Shown here piece by piece: positions 38,729 to 51,330 of a stretch of DNA of 64,000 nucleotides; the stretch's first letter is position 1; every line of letters starts with the position of its first letter. The position numbers and the translations under genes were made by a program. The notes beneath the pieces were generated by a model that was not told the DNA's origin, did no database searches, and saw nothing but the letters and a program-made list of their open reading frames with translations. The stretch is from Tubulanus polymorphus (lineage: Eukaryota; Animalia; Nemertea), in contig NC_134025.1 in assembly GCF_964204645.1 (NCBI RefSeq), positions 13,950,001 to 14,014,000 on the forward strand, written 5' to 3'.

Positions 38729-39087
38729 ATGGCACCAACCACGAAATCTATTAGATCTTCACCAGATACAAAGCTGCGATCCAAGAATAAAAATCAATCG
38801 CAAGACGAGTTGGATGTACATTCGGCAATTTCGGAAATATTTAGCCAACTAAAGAAGCTCGATAAACTGGATGTACTAGATAATCTAATCGCGGAGATCG
38901 CCAATCTGACGAAATCGTTAGAATTTTGTCATGAAACTATCAACGAGCTAAAGCTAGAAAACCAACGATTAAAAAAGGACGTAGCGGAAAATAGTGAAGC
39001 GAAAGAGGTTATCCTAGCACAGCAACAAGCGGATCATGAAGCGTTACTGGATTGCAGTGGAGATCTATGCGCGAAAACGCGATCTTC
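38729..39087 (+). pseudogene. L1/Tx1-like ORF1, N-terminal part (coiled coil), split by the Polinton
   Basis: Coiled coil then (1-nt frameshift) LQWRSMRENAIF; continues at 57314 after the duplicated ATCTTC. Confidence 0.8.
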
Positions 39088-39340
39088 AGTAATAGGGATA
39101 ATGGGCTTTCATACCAAAGTATCCCTTTTACTCTTAAAATATTTATATACATGAATAAAATATATATGAATAACATATAAATTGATAGATTATTCAATAT
39201 AAAAGTGTGAGTAAAGTGTGAGCTCTTATAGAATAGATATATAGATAGATATATTTACAACATTATTTCAATATTCATATTTGTGTGAGTTAGATTTTTA
39301 AACATTAAAAGTGTTAGTAAAGTGTGATTGAAATAATACA
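39088..39340. repeat. Left TIR of element 1 (terminal hairpin collapsed to 45 bp)
   Basis: Reverse complement of ~56838-57313, lacking most of the palindrome. Confidence 0.9.
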
Positions 39341-39395
39341 TAATATAAATCATTGAACTTCTAAAATCAATTTTAATAAAAAATTTAGTATTAAA

Positions 39396-42300
39396 ATGGA
39401 AGCAAATAAGTACTACTGTCCAACATGTAATATCAATATAGATACATCCCAAAAAGCAAGACACAATGAAACTAAAACACATTTAGAGAATAAATTAAAA
39501 TTATAATATAAAGATGATATATTAGAAACTAAATTAGAAGAATTAAAGAATGAAAAAGAAACATATAAATGTGATACATGTAATCAATCATTCAGTGATA
39601 AAAGATATTATAAAGAACATTTAAAATCTAAAAGCAATATTAGAAATATGAATAACGTTATTTTAGGTGAAGATTATTTTGATAAAGATAATGATAAGAA
39701 ACAGAAGACAATTAAAAGCATAAAAAATAAATTAAACAATAAAAGACCATACATGGAAGATGTAAGAAATTATATTAATTCATTAGATAATAAAAAAGAT
39801 ATAGAGATAACCGAAGCATTTAAAAGTGATATTGGTCCAGCAGCTATCGAGTTTAAATTTCATAAAGGTAAAACATTAGAAGAAAATAAAAAACATTTAG
39901 AAAATATGAAAGAAATAATAAAAATAATAGGCCTAACTGATGTTGAATACCCTAAAATTAGTATATCAGTTAAAGTAAAGTTTATAAAATCTGAAGATAA
40001 ACCAATATATAATATAAATTCTCATTCACAACATATTATATCTAAACAACATATAGATGAAAATTAGATAAATGTTATAATGAAGTAAAAACTAAAATAG
40101 AAGAGAAATATTTTGAAGGATCTGGTTTAATATTTGATGAAATAATATTTATGACTTTACATGTTTATAACACAAAATATAATAAGTTAACTAAATCAAA
40201 ACCAATAGATGAAAATAATGTATCATATTATAAAGAACCAGATATTGAAGCATCGAGTTATATCAAACTACCATTTAAAACTAATGCTGTAATAAATGTA
40301 CAAAATGAAGATGATAAATGTTTTGCTATGGCCAATTATAAGTTGCTTGCATCCAACAGAAGATATTACACATAGTTTTAGATTAACTCATTATAAACCA
40401 TTTGAAAATAATTATAAGATAGATAAGTATTCTGTTAGAATTAAAAACATCCCAAAAATAGAAAGAGATAATAATATAAAGATAAATGTATTTGATTTAA
40501 TCAAATTACCAAATACAAAAGGTAACAACATAAAACATTATACATTAGAACCTTTATATCTATCAAAAGATTATGATTCAAACGATGTTATAGATATACT
40601 ATATTATAAGAATCATTATATGTGGATTAAACAAATCGATTTATTTTTTAAATCAGAAAATGATCACCATAAAATATATCTATGTAGAAAATGTTTACAT
40701 AGATTCAGTAATGAAAGTACATTATTAAATCATAAACAATTATGTGAAAATCATGATTATTGTAAATTAGTTTTACCAAATGAAAAAGATAAAATATTAG
40801 AATTCAAAAAATATGATTACAAAAATAAAGTACCATTTGTAATATATGGAGATTTTGAATCATTAAATAAAGAACTAACTGATCTAGATAGAAAAGAAAT
40901 ATATTATAAAAGAAAGAAATTAAATTCTAATGAAAATGATTATTCTGAAGAACCACCAAAAACAAATACTATTAAAAAGATTCATCAATCAGCTGCAGCT
41001 TTCGGGTTATATATTAAATCTGATTATCCAGAACTAATTGAAAGTGAATATTATCATTATAGAAATGAAAATGTTATCAATCATTTTTGTGACTTATTAA
41101 TTGAATATGAAATAAGATTTAGTAAATTATTGAATACAAATATAGAAATTATAATGACAGAAGAAGATAAAGAAGAATTTGCGTTTGCAGATAAATGTTA
41201 TTATTGTGAAAAGATATTTAATTATAAAGATAAAAAAGTAAGAGACCATGATCATTTGAACGGAAAGTTTAGAGGCGCTGCACATGAGAATTGTAACTTA
41301 CAAGCTAAGAAAATTAACTTTGTACCAGTTATATTTCATAATCTATCAGGATATGATGCACATTCATTCATCAAACAGTTATGCCATAAAATAGATGAAA
41401 TTAATAATGAAATAGAAAGATTAAATTCAAATAGATCAAAAGATAAAATACCAACTTATAAATTTAGAATGTTAGCTAAAACATCTGATAATTATATATC
41501 ATTCCAATTTGGTTGCCTAAGATTTATAGATTCATATAGATTTTTAAATAGTTCATTAGATAACTTATCAAAATCATTAGTTGATGGTGAATTAAAAATA
41601 TTAAAGCAACACTACCCAAATAATGATGATTTTCAATTAATGAGATATAAAGGCGCAATTCCATATTCATTTTATAAATCACATAATGATTTTAATATAA
41701 CTGAATTATTAAAAGAACAATTCTATGATGAATTAAAAAATGAATATGTTAAAGATGAAGTATATAATAGAACATTGAATATTTGGAATCATTTTAGAAT
41801 GAAAAATCATGGGCAATTAGTAGATTTATATCTAAAATCAGATGTATTATTATTAACCGATATATTCGAAAGGTTTAGAGATGTAAACCTAAAATATTTT
41901 AACATTGATCCTTGTCATTGTTATTCTAGCCCAGGTTTAACATGGGATTGTGGATTAAAATTTACAGATATAAAAATGGATTTGTTAACAAATATAGATC
42001 AATTACTATTATTTGAAAAATCTATAAGAGGAGGAGTTTCAGGTGTATTAGGTGATAGATATTTCAATGTAAATGATAACCCTGGATATAAGTTATTATA
42101 TATAGATGCAAATAATCTATATGGTTGGGCAATGATGGAACCACAACCTTATGGAGTATTTGAATTAACTGAAGTTTTACAACATGAAAATAATTATAAA
42201 TTTGATTGGAAGAAAAGAATCCTAGATATTGCAGATGATTCAGATACTGGTTACTTCTTTGTTGTAGATTTAGAATATCCTGAACATATTAAATTTAAAT

Positions 42301-43436
42301 CTAGAAATCTAGCATACTGCCCCGAACATAAAACTGTAACTCATGAAGAACTATCAAATTATCAAAAAAGAATTAAACCCGAAAATCATATTCATACAGA
42401 AAAGTTAATGGTAACTCAAGAAGATAAATATAATTATGTAGTACATTACAGAATGTTAAAGTTTTATTTGAGTCAAGGAATGATTCTAAAAAAAGTACAT
42501 AGATATATTTCATTTAGTCAATCTAAGTGGTTAGAAAAATATATAGATTTTAACACCAAACAGAGAACTGAAGCTAAAACTGATTTTGAGAAAGATTTCA
42601 AGTTAATGAATAATGCATTCTATGGTAAGACTTGTGAAAATATTAGAAATAGAAATGATATTGAGTTAGTCAGTAATGGTAAAAGAATTAGACATTTACA
42701 AACATATCCTAAATTTATAGGTAACAGAATATTTGATGAAAATTTAGCTGCAGTTAAGATGAGAAGAACATCAATGAAATTTAATAAACCAATCTATATT
42801 GGCGCTTCAGTTTTAGAATTATCAAAATTACTAATGTATGAATTCTATTATAATATATTACAACCACTTTTTGGAGAAAAACATATAGAAATATTATATT
42901 TTGATACAGATTCTTACATATTAAAGATAAAAACTGATAACATAACAGATGATTTAAAAACATTAAAACATCATTTTGATTTCAGTAACTATCCTAAAAA
43001 TCATGAATTGTTTAGCAATGATAATAAAAAAGTTCCCGGGAAGTTTAAGGATGAATTAGGTGGTGAAGAAATGATAGAGTTCATAGGTATTAGATCTAAA
43101 ATGTATTCATATAAAACTAAAGAACATGAAGCTAAAAAGTTAAAAGGAATAACCAAAAATGTAGTAGAAAAGAATATTCATTTCAAAGATTACATCAATT
43201 GTATATTCAATGAAGAAGTTAGAAAACATAAGATGAGATGTTTAAGATCTGAAGATCATGAAATGTTTATTGAAGAAATCGAAAAGATAAGTCTAAACCC
43301 ATTTGATGATAAAAGATATATTTTAGATGATGGAATTCATACAGTTGCATATGGTTGCAATTTAGATGAATACTTAAAATTTAAAAGAGAAGAAACAAAA
43401 GAAAATGAGATAATGAAAAGAATTCTAACGTGTTAA
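39396..43436 (+). pseudogene. Protein-primed family B DNA polymerase (pPolB); catalytic part open from 40296, N-terminus frameshifted
   Basis: Exo motifs YGDFES, FHNLSGYD, YLKSDV; Pol motifs YIDANNLYG, KLMNNAFYGK, YFDTDS; endonuclease VII-like CYYC...RDHDHLNGKFRGAAHENCN insert; N-terminal C2H2 fingers from the ATG at 39396. Confidence 0.95.
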
Positions 43437-43465
43437 TCAAATTTTAATAAAAATATGTTATTAAA

Positions 43466-43819
43466 ATGGAGAGTAAACAAACACACAGTGAGAAAAACAA
43501 ATCATTTCTAGATAGAATAAAAGATACTACAAATGTAAAATCTGTAGATTATAAATTCAAAAAGTTAACAGAATTAACAATTCATAAGAAATATCTAATT
43601 ACAAATATTTATACAGTTACTAATAACTATGGAGATAAATTAGTTATACACTTAGAATATGAAGGATTAAAAGGAAATACACATAAATTCAGAACATATT
43701 TACCGGATAGATTTCATAGATTATCAAGTGAAGATTTAGAAGAATTATGTTCTGGAGATTTCTATTTCGTATACAAAGGTAAGAATGAAAAGGGGCACCA
43801 TGAAATAGATTTCGAATAA
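43466..43819 (+). CDS. Polinton hypothetical protein, 117 aa (possible OB-fold/ssDNA-binding)
   Basis: Intact beta-strand-rich ORF next to pPolB (T..YGDKLVIHL...YLPDRF...FVYKG); the fold is a guess. Confidence 0.6.
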   Translation: MESKQTHSEKNKSFLDRIKDTTNVKSVDYKFKKLTELTIHKKYLITNIYTVTNNYGDKLVIHLEYEGLKGNTHKFRTYLPDRFHRLSSEDLEELCSGDFYFVYKGKNEKGHHEIDFE

Positions 43820-43833
43820 AATATGTAAAATAA

Positions 43834-44592
43834 ATGGTAGAATTAAAAGAATACAGAATATTTGTTGATTCTAGAAAACTTACAAATTATAAATCTCATA
43901 ATTTACTAGTTCAATTAGATAGGGAATATAAAAATTGTGCGGATTTAAAATTAGTAAATATAAGTTTATGTAATTCTTTTTATAATATAACGGATAAAAC
44001 TATTGAAGATAATACTTTTTTAATTCATATTGGAAATGTAGATAAATGGTTTCATATAATTTTAAAACCAGGATTATATAATTTAGAAACATTAGGTTAA
44101 GAAATAAATCGAAGAGCACGGTTGAAAATTAGAAGAGATGATAAATTTTTAATTAGATTTATAAAAAGTGATAGCACAAATAAAATTAAAATAAAGGTAT
44201 ATGATGAAAGTCAACATGCATTTATGGTAAAAAAACCATTAGCTAAATTGCTAGGAATTGCACCAGATACTGTTACAGGAAACATAGATGGTAATTCAAA
44301 TATAATACCTTTTACACACTTTTATATTTATTGCAATTTAATCGAGCCTACAAAAACTTTCGAAGCAACTAAAGATACAATTTGTAATTCTAGTATATTA
44401 AATATTTTACCATTAAAAAATGTTAAACAATTTGGAACGCAAATAAATTATAATTTAACAGAATGTGATTTCAAACCATGCATTTCTCAATTTAATAATT
44501 TTAGATTAGAAATAAGAAATCATAATGGATATTTAATTGATTTGAATAACTTTCCTGTAATTTATGAATTAGTTATAAGATGTAGAGAGTAA
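43834..44592 (+). pseudogene. Minor capsid (penton, single jelly-roll) protein with one in-frame stop
   Basis: IFVDS..., L.NSFYNI, LKPGLYN, LAKLLG, FYIYCNLIE, IL.ILP, LEIRNHNGYLIDLNN pattern; TAA at 44098-44100. Confidence 0.8.
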
Positions 44593-44608
44593 TTTTTTCA
44601 CTATATAA

Positions 44609-44970
44609 ATGAATATAACTGTTGGACCGAGTATATGTTTTGGGTTTGATTTTAAACGTGAGAAAGAAATGAAATTTAACGTTAATGATGTAATTACACA
44701 TATCAAAAATATTGCATTTTCTAATGAAACAACATTTGAGTATGAAACAACAATAGATAAAGAAACTTTAAATGTAGAAAAGATTACTAATTTAAATAGA
44801 GAATCTTTAAGATTTTATGAATTAGATGAAGATTTTATTATAGATGATAAAAAATAATAAAAAATAATAATTGAAATATATACAAATGAAACTAGTAATG
44901 AAATAAATGTTGAATTAATCATCACTAAGATAACTAAATATTTTGATGATAGTAATTTTTTTGATAAATA
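44609..44970 (+). pseudogene. Polinton hypothetical protein (frameshift in an A-run)
   Basis: TAAATG start; 82-aa ORF with coding-like sequence continuing to ~44970. Confidence 0.5.
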
Positions 44971-44971
44971 A

Positions 44972-45192
44972 ATGAGTGATAATAAGTGGATAATAACTGG
45001 ATTATATAATGGCGCATTACTATCAGTTGGAACTGTTGGTTATTCAATGGTATTAAAAAAAGTATTTAAAATGGGAAGTGTTAATGTTGATAGATTTGAT
45101 ATAATGATATTTTAAAATTAGCATTAGCAGTTACTTAATCTAATTTAACTACTGATTATTTGGAAAAACAAAAATATATTCCTCCCATATAA
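44972..45192 (+). pseudogene. Small hydrophobic protein, disrupted
   Basis: TAAATG start; MSDNKWIITGLYNGALLSVGTVGYSMVLKK...; frameshift and stop. Confidence 0.55.
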
Positions 45193-45216
45193 ATACATAA
45201 TTATTTTACTAAATAA

Positions 45217-45639
45217 ATGGCTTCTGCAGTTATAACTATTATAGGATCGGCAATTGTTAACGCTTTAGCATTTACTGGTGGTGGATATTTATTTAAACAT
45301 ATTGATAAAAATAGATCATTAACAGAACAAAAAAGACATAACTTAGCATTAAAGAAATACAATAAAGCAGCAGAAGAATATAGAGGAAAACGACAAAACT
45401 ATATGGATTATATTAACAAGGAATTATATGATCAGAAGATTTCACATAGAGATTTTCAATCAGTTGATGATGCAATGAGTTTATATAACGCGGTAACCAA
45501 TAAAGAAAAATTACATCTATACAAACCTAAATTATCAGATTATTATACCCCAAGTAATGAACAGAAGAAATATGAAATAATTTGGATTTTAGGTGGAACT
45601 GTTATTGTTATATTTGTAGCATATAGATTTACTAATTAG
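45217..45639 (+). CDS. Putative virion membrane protein, 140 aa
   Basis: Hydrophobic N-terminus (MASAVITIIGSAIVNALAFTGGGYLF), coiled coil and C-terminal TM segment. Confidence 0.7.
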   Translation: MASAVITIIGSAIVNALAFTGGGYLFKHIDKNRSLTEQKRHNLALKKYNKAAEEYRGKRQNYMDYINKELYDQKISHRDFQSVDDAMSLYNAVTNKEKLHLYKPKLSDYYTPSNEQKKYEIIWILGGTVIVIFVAYRFTN

Positions 45640-45659
45640 TAATTTTTTTTGATAAATAA

Positions 45660-46092
45660 ATGGATGATAAAGTTGATAATATTGATATCATTCCCCATGA
45701 TATAAATAAAACTAAATCAAAAATATATTTAGAAAAACAAATATTAGAATTTGAAAGTGATTTAAAGATAAAAAAGAAAAAATTTAAAAAGTAAAATTAT
45801 ATATTATTTTATTATCAGCGGTTCAGTTACAATTAGTTCTGTAATAACATTTCTAGCAATATTCAGTCCATTAACACCTTTAGCTATATCAATTGGTGTG
45901 TTAGGATTAAGTTCAAGTGTTTTAACTGGTATAAGTTCAAAATTAAATATAAAAAGTAATAAAGAAAAAATTAAAACTAATATAAAAGAAATTAATAAAT
46001 TAAAAAATACACTAGATTATATAATAAGTTTAAATGGCCATATAACAGTTGAAGAACAAGATAAATTATTAAAAGAATTAATAAATTATTAA
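45660..46092 (+). pseudogene. Two-TM membrane protein, disrupted
   Basis: TAAATG at 45657-45662; hydrophobic ILFLLSAVQL/ISSVITFLAIF and LAISIGVLGLSSSVLTGI segments; stop or frameshift near 45790. Confidence 0.55.
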
Positions 46093-46108
46093 TTCTTTAG
46101 TTATATAA

Positions 46109-47435
46109 ATGGCAGATAGTTTTCCAAAAGCTTTCCAATATAATAAATCAATTAAATATAATATTCCAGCAATAGATTTTAATAAAGATATTTCATATAG
46201 AAATGAAGTTTTAAATTCATTAATTGATTTATATATTTATGTTACTGAAAGTAATAATGTTCATGTAAAGATGGAAAATATATTTCATGTGTATACAATT
46301 AATTTCAAAAATTTAAATGAGGCAAAACAATGGTTATTAAAATCTAATATGAAGTATTGGCAGAACCAATTAAATTTTGCTGTTTATTGTGCAACAACAG
46401 GATGTGGAATTAGTTGGAATGATCATTTAAACAAACCAAGTTTACCATTGATGTTATCACTTTTTAGATTTCATACTTATTTTCAAATAAAATTAATATT
46501 AGATGAATTAGAATGTCCTTTACCAGGTTCAAAATATTTTAAAGAATTGAATAATAATATTAATTTTTCTAAGTTTTATAAAATATGTAATGAATTTAAT
46601 ATTAATTCAAATAAAGATTTTAGAGCAAAAATTGGAACAATGGGTGGATTAGGAATATTGTATACTAAAGAATTTGGAAAAATAATGACAAATTCAGATA
46701 TAAGAACACTAAATTGGAATGAATTACCAAAATATTATAATAATATACAACAACAAAATAATAATGGTTGGGTTAATTTCATTTTAGAAAATAGTGAAGG
46801 TTTTACTAAAGCTGGAATACAAAGAATAAATCAATCTATTAGAACTTATTTGATATGTATTTTAGGTGCGCAAGTTGAAACAAGATCCCCAATAATTGGA
46901 AATGATAACACTTCATTCGATGCGCAGAAACAATTTAAAGTATTATTTGAAGATTCCATTCATAATGATAAAAATAGATCGATTCCGGAAAACATTGTAA
47001 GATATCAAAATTATTTAGATAAATCACATATTAGATTAAATTATTGTATAGGCCCTAATCTATTAATTATTTCTAATGATTTAGTATTAAAGATGGGAAA
47101 TATAATTGGTTATAATAATCTAATTAAAACTGCAACAATAAATAATTCATTTGGATTGAATGATATAAATAAAAAGATTATCACTGCTCCAAAATTAATG
47201 GAAGGTGAAAAAAAATAAAAAACATATTCAATCAAGAGAAACTAAAACTAATAATATTAAATTAAATAATGATTCTAAAATAAAAGATTACAATACATCA
47301 GAAAATATAAAAACTGATAATATTCAACTTGAAATAATTAAACTAAATGATGATAATAAATCCCATGAAAATACTAAATTAGCTTTAACTTGTATAGGAA
47401 TTGTTATAGGAGGAATATTATATTTTAAATTTTAA
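46109..47435 (+). pseudogene. Conserved-looking Polinton protein (~440 aa) with a C-terminal TM anchor; frameshift in an A-run at ~47210
   Basis: WQNQLNFAVYCATTGCGISW...FRFHTYFQ; the 76-aa downstream ORF supplies the TM tail. Confidence 0.65.
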
Positions 47436-47451
47436 TTTTTTTATTATATAA

Positions 47452-48522
47452 ATGGATGTAGAAGGTAGAGAAGATTATGAAATGGAAGGCATGGGAAATA
47501 ATGATGATGCTAATACTAACAATGATGATTATATGACTGCTGATACTAATATTGATAATGATAATGATACGACATATAATTCTAATTTAGCAGATAGTGG
47601 TTCTAAAGCCCCATCAACAGATGAATTTGATAGAAGAACTAGATCGAGAATACCTACTGAAAATGAAAATCCAGATTTAGTAAGACAAAATTTAGAAAAT
47701 ATTGAATTTATGTATGATTTTCAACGTGTATTTAAAGAATCTGGATATAATATAAATGATAGAGGCGCCAGACTTTTAGTACAAGAATTAAAATCTTTAG
47801 ATGGTGAATATTATTATCATTTGAAAGATGATTATTATATTGATATCTCTTATAAAAAACAAAACAAAATATTAGCAGAATCAACTGATAAAAATAAAGA
47901 AATAGAAAAATTAAAGTCTGATTTAGATCGTCAAGTAATTGATAAAATAGAATATAAGCAAAAAGAATCACGTTTAAAAAAAGAAATTAATAATTTAAAA
48001 GATAATTTAGAAGTACTGAAAGGTGAAAGAGATATATTATTAAAAGAATTTGGTAATAATTTTAAAAGATTAAAAGATGTTTTTAAAAGATATCTGTTAA
48101 AACCAAATTCTGAAATATCATTGAAAGATAGAATAAAATTATTATTTAAATTAGAAGGAATAACAATTCTTTCAATTCTAACAGCTGTAACTATGGTATT
48201 CACAACAATTGGTTTAGTTATATCAAATGCTTTGAATTCTACTCCTACTCCCAATAAACCGGATAAACCCCCGAATGATAATAATTTTATACAAGATGAA
48301 GTTAAGGATGGTTTAAAGAAATTAGCAAAATATTTATGGGAACTATCTAAAAAGTCTGCTGCAGCTTTACCAGGAATTATTGCATCAATTGTTGGTTTTA
48401 TATTGAAATCTGCTGGGAATATTCTTAACTTTGCGGCTGAACATATTATTTTATTTTTAATTACAGTTGTAAGTGCTATTATTTTTGGATTAGTGAAAAT
48501 GATATCAAAAAATATCAAGTAA
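47452..48522 (+). CDS. Coiled-coil multi-TM/amphipathic protein, 356 aa
   Basis: Acidic N-terminus, coiled coil, then EGITILSILTAVTMVFTTIGLVI...AAALPGIIASIVGFILK...HIILFLITVVSAIIFGL. Confidence 0.75.
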   Translation: MDVEGREDYEMEGMGNNDDANTNNDDYMTADTNIDNDNDTTYNSNLADSGSKAPSTDEFDRRTRSRIPTENENPDLVRQNLENIEFMYDFQRVFKESGYNINDRGARLLVQELKSLDGEYYYHLKDDYYIDISYKKQNKILAESTDKNKEIEKLKSDLDRQVIDKIEYKQKESRLKKEINNLKDNLEVLKGERDILLKEFGNNFKRLKDVFKRYLLKPNSEISLKDRIKLLFKLEGITILSILTAVTMVFTTIGLVISNALNSTPTPNKPDKPPNDNNFIQDEVKDGLKKLAKYLWELSKKSAAALPGIIASIVGFILKSAGNILNFAAEHIILFLITVVSAIIFGLVKMISKNIK

Positions 48523-48562
48523 ACATGATCAAAAATAAATAATTAATTTTTTTGTTAAATAA

Positions 48563-49810
48563 ATGAGTGGGAGTTATATCAATCCTTCTAAGAATCATAG
48601 AATATCTAATGCTATTAAAGCAGAAAGATCACATCATATAATTACTCATAACCCTTCTAATATTAATCCTGATGAAACTTTATATGTTAGAATCCCTCGA
48701 TTAACACAAAATACTTTTTATGTTCCAAATAGTATTTTTTTATCAGCCGATATAAAAGTAATCGGAAATAATAATAATTATGTTGTTGATAATGTTGGAA
48801 GATATTTGATTAAAAAGTTAACAATAAAGATTGGTCCAGAAACAGTTTTCTCATTAGATGATTATAATTTATTTATGCATTATAAAGATTTATGGTTAAC
48901 TAAAGAAAATAGAAATAATATGATATTTCAGGGTATTCAATCGGAAAACCATAATAAATTAAGATCAGGAGCTAATGACGCAATAGTAACTCGTACCGCA
49001 GATAATTTGATAAAAAAGATTTATGGAAGCAAATATAAAATTCCATTAGACTTTGAATTGATAAATAATAATGCACCTTTATATAAATACGCAATTCAAG
49101 AAGACGTTATATTCGAAATAACATTTGCTCCTGTTAATGAAATTGTATTATCTAGCGTTGTTAAAGATATGAGTTATAAATTATCGAATATATGTTTAGA
49201 ATATGACACAGTAACTGATGAAAATATTTCAAGCATAATTCAAACTCAATACAATCAAGGATTTTCATTATTATATGATTATATTAATAAATTTAAAACT
49301 GTAACTATTAATGCAAATGATGAAATTATTAATGAGAATATTAACTTCCCAAGAAGATATATTAAAGGCATATTAATATTTTTTACCATTGCAACATATA
49401 CTAATGGCGCAATAAATGTTGATAAGTATTATAATCCTGAAATAACAAAAGTAGAAATAACTATCGAAGGAATAGCAAATAAAATATTTTGTCAAGGAAT
49501 GAGAATGATAGATCAATGGCCAGAAATTAGAAAACATTTAATGAATGAAAAAGTAAAATCATCTGAAAATTGTAATATTAATCAAATTGATTATTATACC
49601 GGTAATAAATATGCATTATGGTTAGATTTTAGAACAACAGAGGATAATTCATTACATGGTTCTGGAAAAAAACTACAGAACACTAAAGATGGAATACAAT
49701 TATTCATGACAAAGAATAAAGGAAGTCTAAATTTCAAAATGCACATTTATATTATATCTGACGCGCAATTAAATATTGTAAATTCACAATTAGATAGTGT
49801 TATGTATTAA
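48563..49810 (+). CDS. Major capsid protein (double jelly-roll), 415 aa, intact
   Basis: Size, position and beta-rich pattern (NPSNINPDETLYVRIP, LIKKLTIKIG, KYKIPLDF, YKLSNICLEYD, FPRR.IKGILIFF, YALWLDF, MHIYIISDAQLNI). Confidence 0.8.
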   Translation: MSGSYINPSKNHRISNAIKAERSHHIITHNPSNINPDETLYVRIPRLTQNTFYVPNSIFLSADIKVIGNNNNYVVDNVGRYLIKKLTIKIGPETVFSLDDYNLFMHYKDLWLTKENRNNMIFQGIQSENHNKLRSGANDAIVTRTADNLIKKIYGSKYKIPLDFELINNNAPLYKYAIQEDVIFEITFAPVNEIVLSSVVKDMSYKLSNICLEYDTVTDENISSIIQTQYNQGFSLLYDYINKFKTVTINANDEIINENINFPRRYIKGILIFFTIATYTNGAINVDKYYNPEITKVEITIEGIANKIFCQGMRMIDQWPEIRKHLMNEKVKSSENCNINQIDYYTGNKYALWLDFRTTEDNSLHGSGKKLQNTKDGIQLFMTKNKGSLNFKMHIYIISDAQLNIVNSQLDSVMY

Positions 49811-49842
49811 AATTTTAACTTTAATAAAAATTTATATAATAA

Positions 49843-50973
49843 ATGGAAGGTGGAATATATGAAATACAAACTCCAAGTGAAATGATAACAGATATATATT
49901 ATATATTACCTTATGATGAATACATTAAGTATTTTGGAGATTACTTTAATCAATTCAAATATAGAATAAGTAAAATAAAAGATAATATTGAAACTAAAAT
50001 AGAAAATAATATTGAAACTAAAATAGAAGATAAGAATGATATTGAATATAAAATAGAAGATAATATTGAAACTAAAATAGAAGATGTAACAGCATCTACA
50101 TCTTATAATATACCCTCTACATATGATATTGAATCAAAAAAAGATTATTATAATCCAAAATATTGTGATGTATGTAAGAAATATATATCATATAAAAATT
50201 GGGCATCACATAAGAAATCAAAGAAACATATAGAAAAAGAAAAGAATAATAATGATAATAATATATCAGTTAGTAATATAAAAGATAATGTTAACCCAAT
50301 TGAAACTAATGATACCATAAATAATATAACAGATAATGTAATAAATGATGTTAACCCAATCGAAACTAATGATAATGATATAACAGATAATGAAATAATT
50401 GATGATTCTAAAAAACATTGTAACATTTGTGATTTAGATATTTCTAAAAGTAATTTTTCTAAACATAAAAAATCTAAGGGGCACATAGAAAATGAAAAAG
50501 AATTAATATGTGATTATTGTAATAAAGAAATTGAACCTGTTGATGAAATTACTCATTATAAATCAAAATTACATCTAATTAATGTTTATAAAGATGTGGG
50601 TATGTTACCATTGTTAGATGAACCAAAGAAATATATCAAATATTTTGATCCTGAAACTAAACAATATTATATATTCTTTAAGTTGTTATTTGATAAATTA
50701 TTAGCTTATGCAGAAGATAATCCTGACCAAATATATAAATTAGCGTATAATGGATACCTAGATTTATTTAATTTAATAAATGATTTTGAATTTGATTTTG
50801 ATGGTGATAATTCTAATGATTACTTTGAAAAATTAAGAATTAAAGCTGGATTAAGTGATGATGATCGTAGAATGAAGGATGAAATAGAATTAATAAATAT
50901 GCCAAAGACTTCTGATGAATTTGATATAAACAAAGATGATTTTATAAATGTATTAGAAACAAAATTAGAATAA
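49843..50973 (+). CDS. Zinc-finger protein with three U1/matrin-type C2H2 fingers and internal repeats
   Basis: CDVC..SHKKSKKH, CNIC..KHKKSKGH, CDYC..THYKSKLH; DNIETKIE and DVNPIETND repeats. Confidence 0.8.
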   Translation: MEGGIYEIQTPSEMITDIYYILPYDEYIKYFGDYFNQFKYRISKIKDNIETKIENNIETKIEDKNDIEYKIEDNIETKIEDVTASTSYNIPSTYDIESKKDYYNPKYCDVCKKYISYKNWASHKKSKKHIEKEKNNNDNNISVSNIKDNVNPIETNDTINNITDNVINDVNPIETNDNDITDNEIIDDSKKHCNICDLDISKSNFSKHKKSKGHIENEKELICDYCNKEIEPVDEITHYKSKLHLINVYKDVGMLPLLDEPKKYIKYFDPETKQYYIFFKLLFDKLLAYAEDNPDQIYKLAYNGYLDLFNLINDFEFDFDGDNSNDYFEKLRIKAGLSDDDRRMKDEIELINMPKTSDEFDINKDDFINVLETKLE

Positions 50974-50984
50974 TTATTATAAAA

Positions 50985-51330
50985 CTATTTATATATCTAT
51001 AAAAATATTTAGATATCTATGCACTAGACGTATGAGTAAGAAAGTAAGAACCCAAGAATCCTTGCCAAGAAATATAAATTATAAACATAAATTATAAACA
51101 TAAATTATAAACATAAATTATAAACATAAATTACAAACATAGTTTTAATATATAATTTATTCATTATTATATATTTCATTTAATAATTCATATTTCTATG
51201 GACTAGACGTACGTAAGAATCCAAGATTCTTGCTAAGAAAGTAAAAAGGTAAGAATCTTACTTTCTTACTCGTACATCTAGTACATAGATATATAAATTA
51301 GTTTCTATAATATTCCAAATTATAAATAGT
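50985..51330. repeat. Inverted-repeat-bounded spacer with about five 13-bp tandem repeats (ataaattataaac) between the convergent gene blocks
   Basis: atatctatgcactagacgtatgagtaagaaagtaaga is inverted at ~51256-51292; tandem array at ~51074-51140. Confidence 0.8.

Noticed and set aside
47931-48518. 195-aa antisense ORF (also 50148-50486 and 42781-42963)
   Set aside because: Shadow frames of real plus-strand genes; no TAAATG start.
50798-50815. gatggtgat as a footprint of the mobile palindrome
   Set aside because: A common Asp-Gly-Asp coding sequence, and no homologous copy is available in the window to compare.
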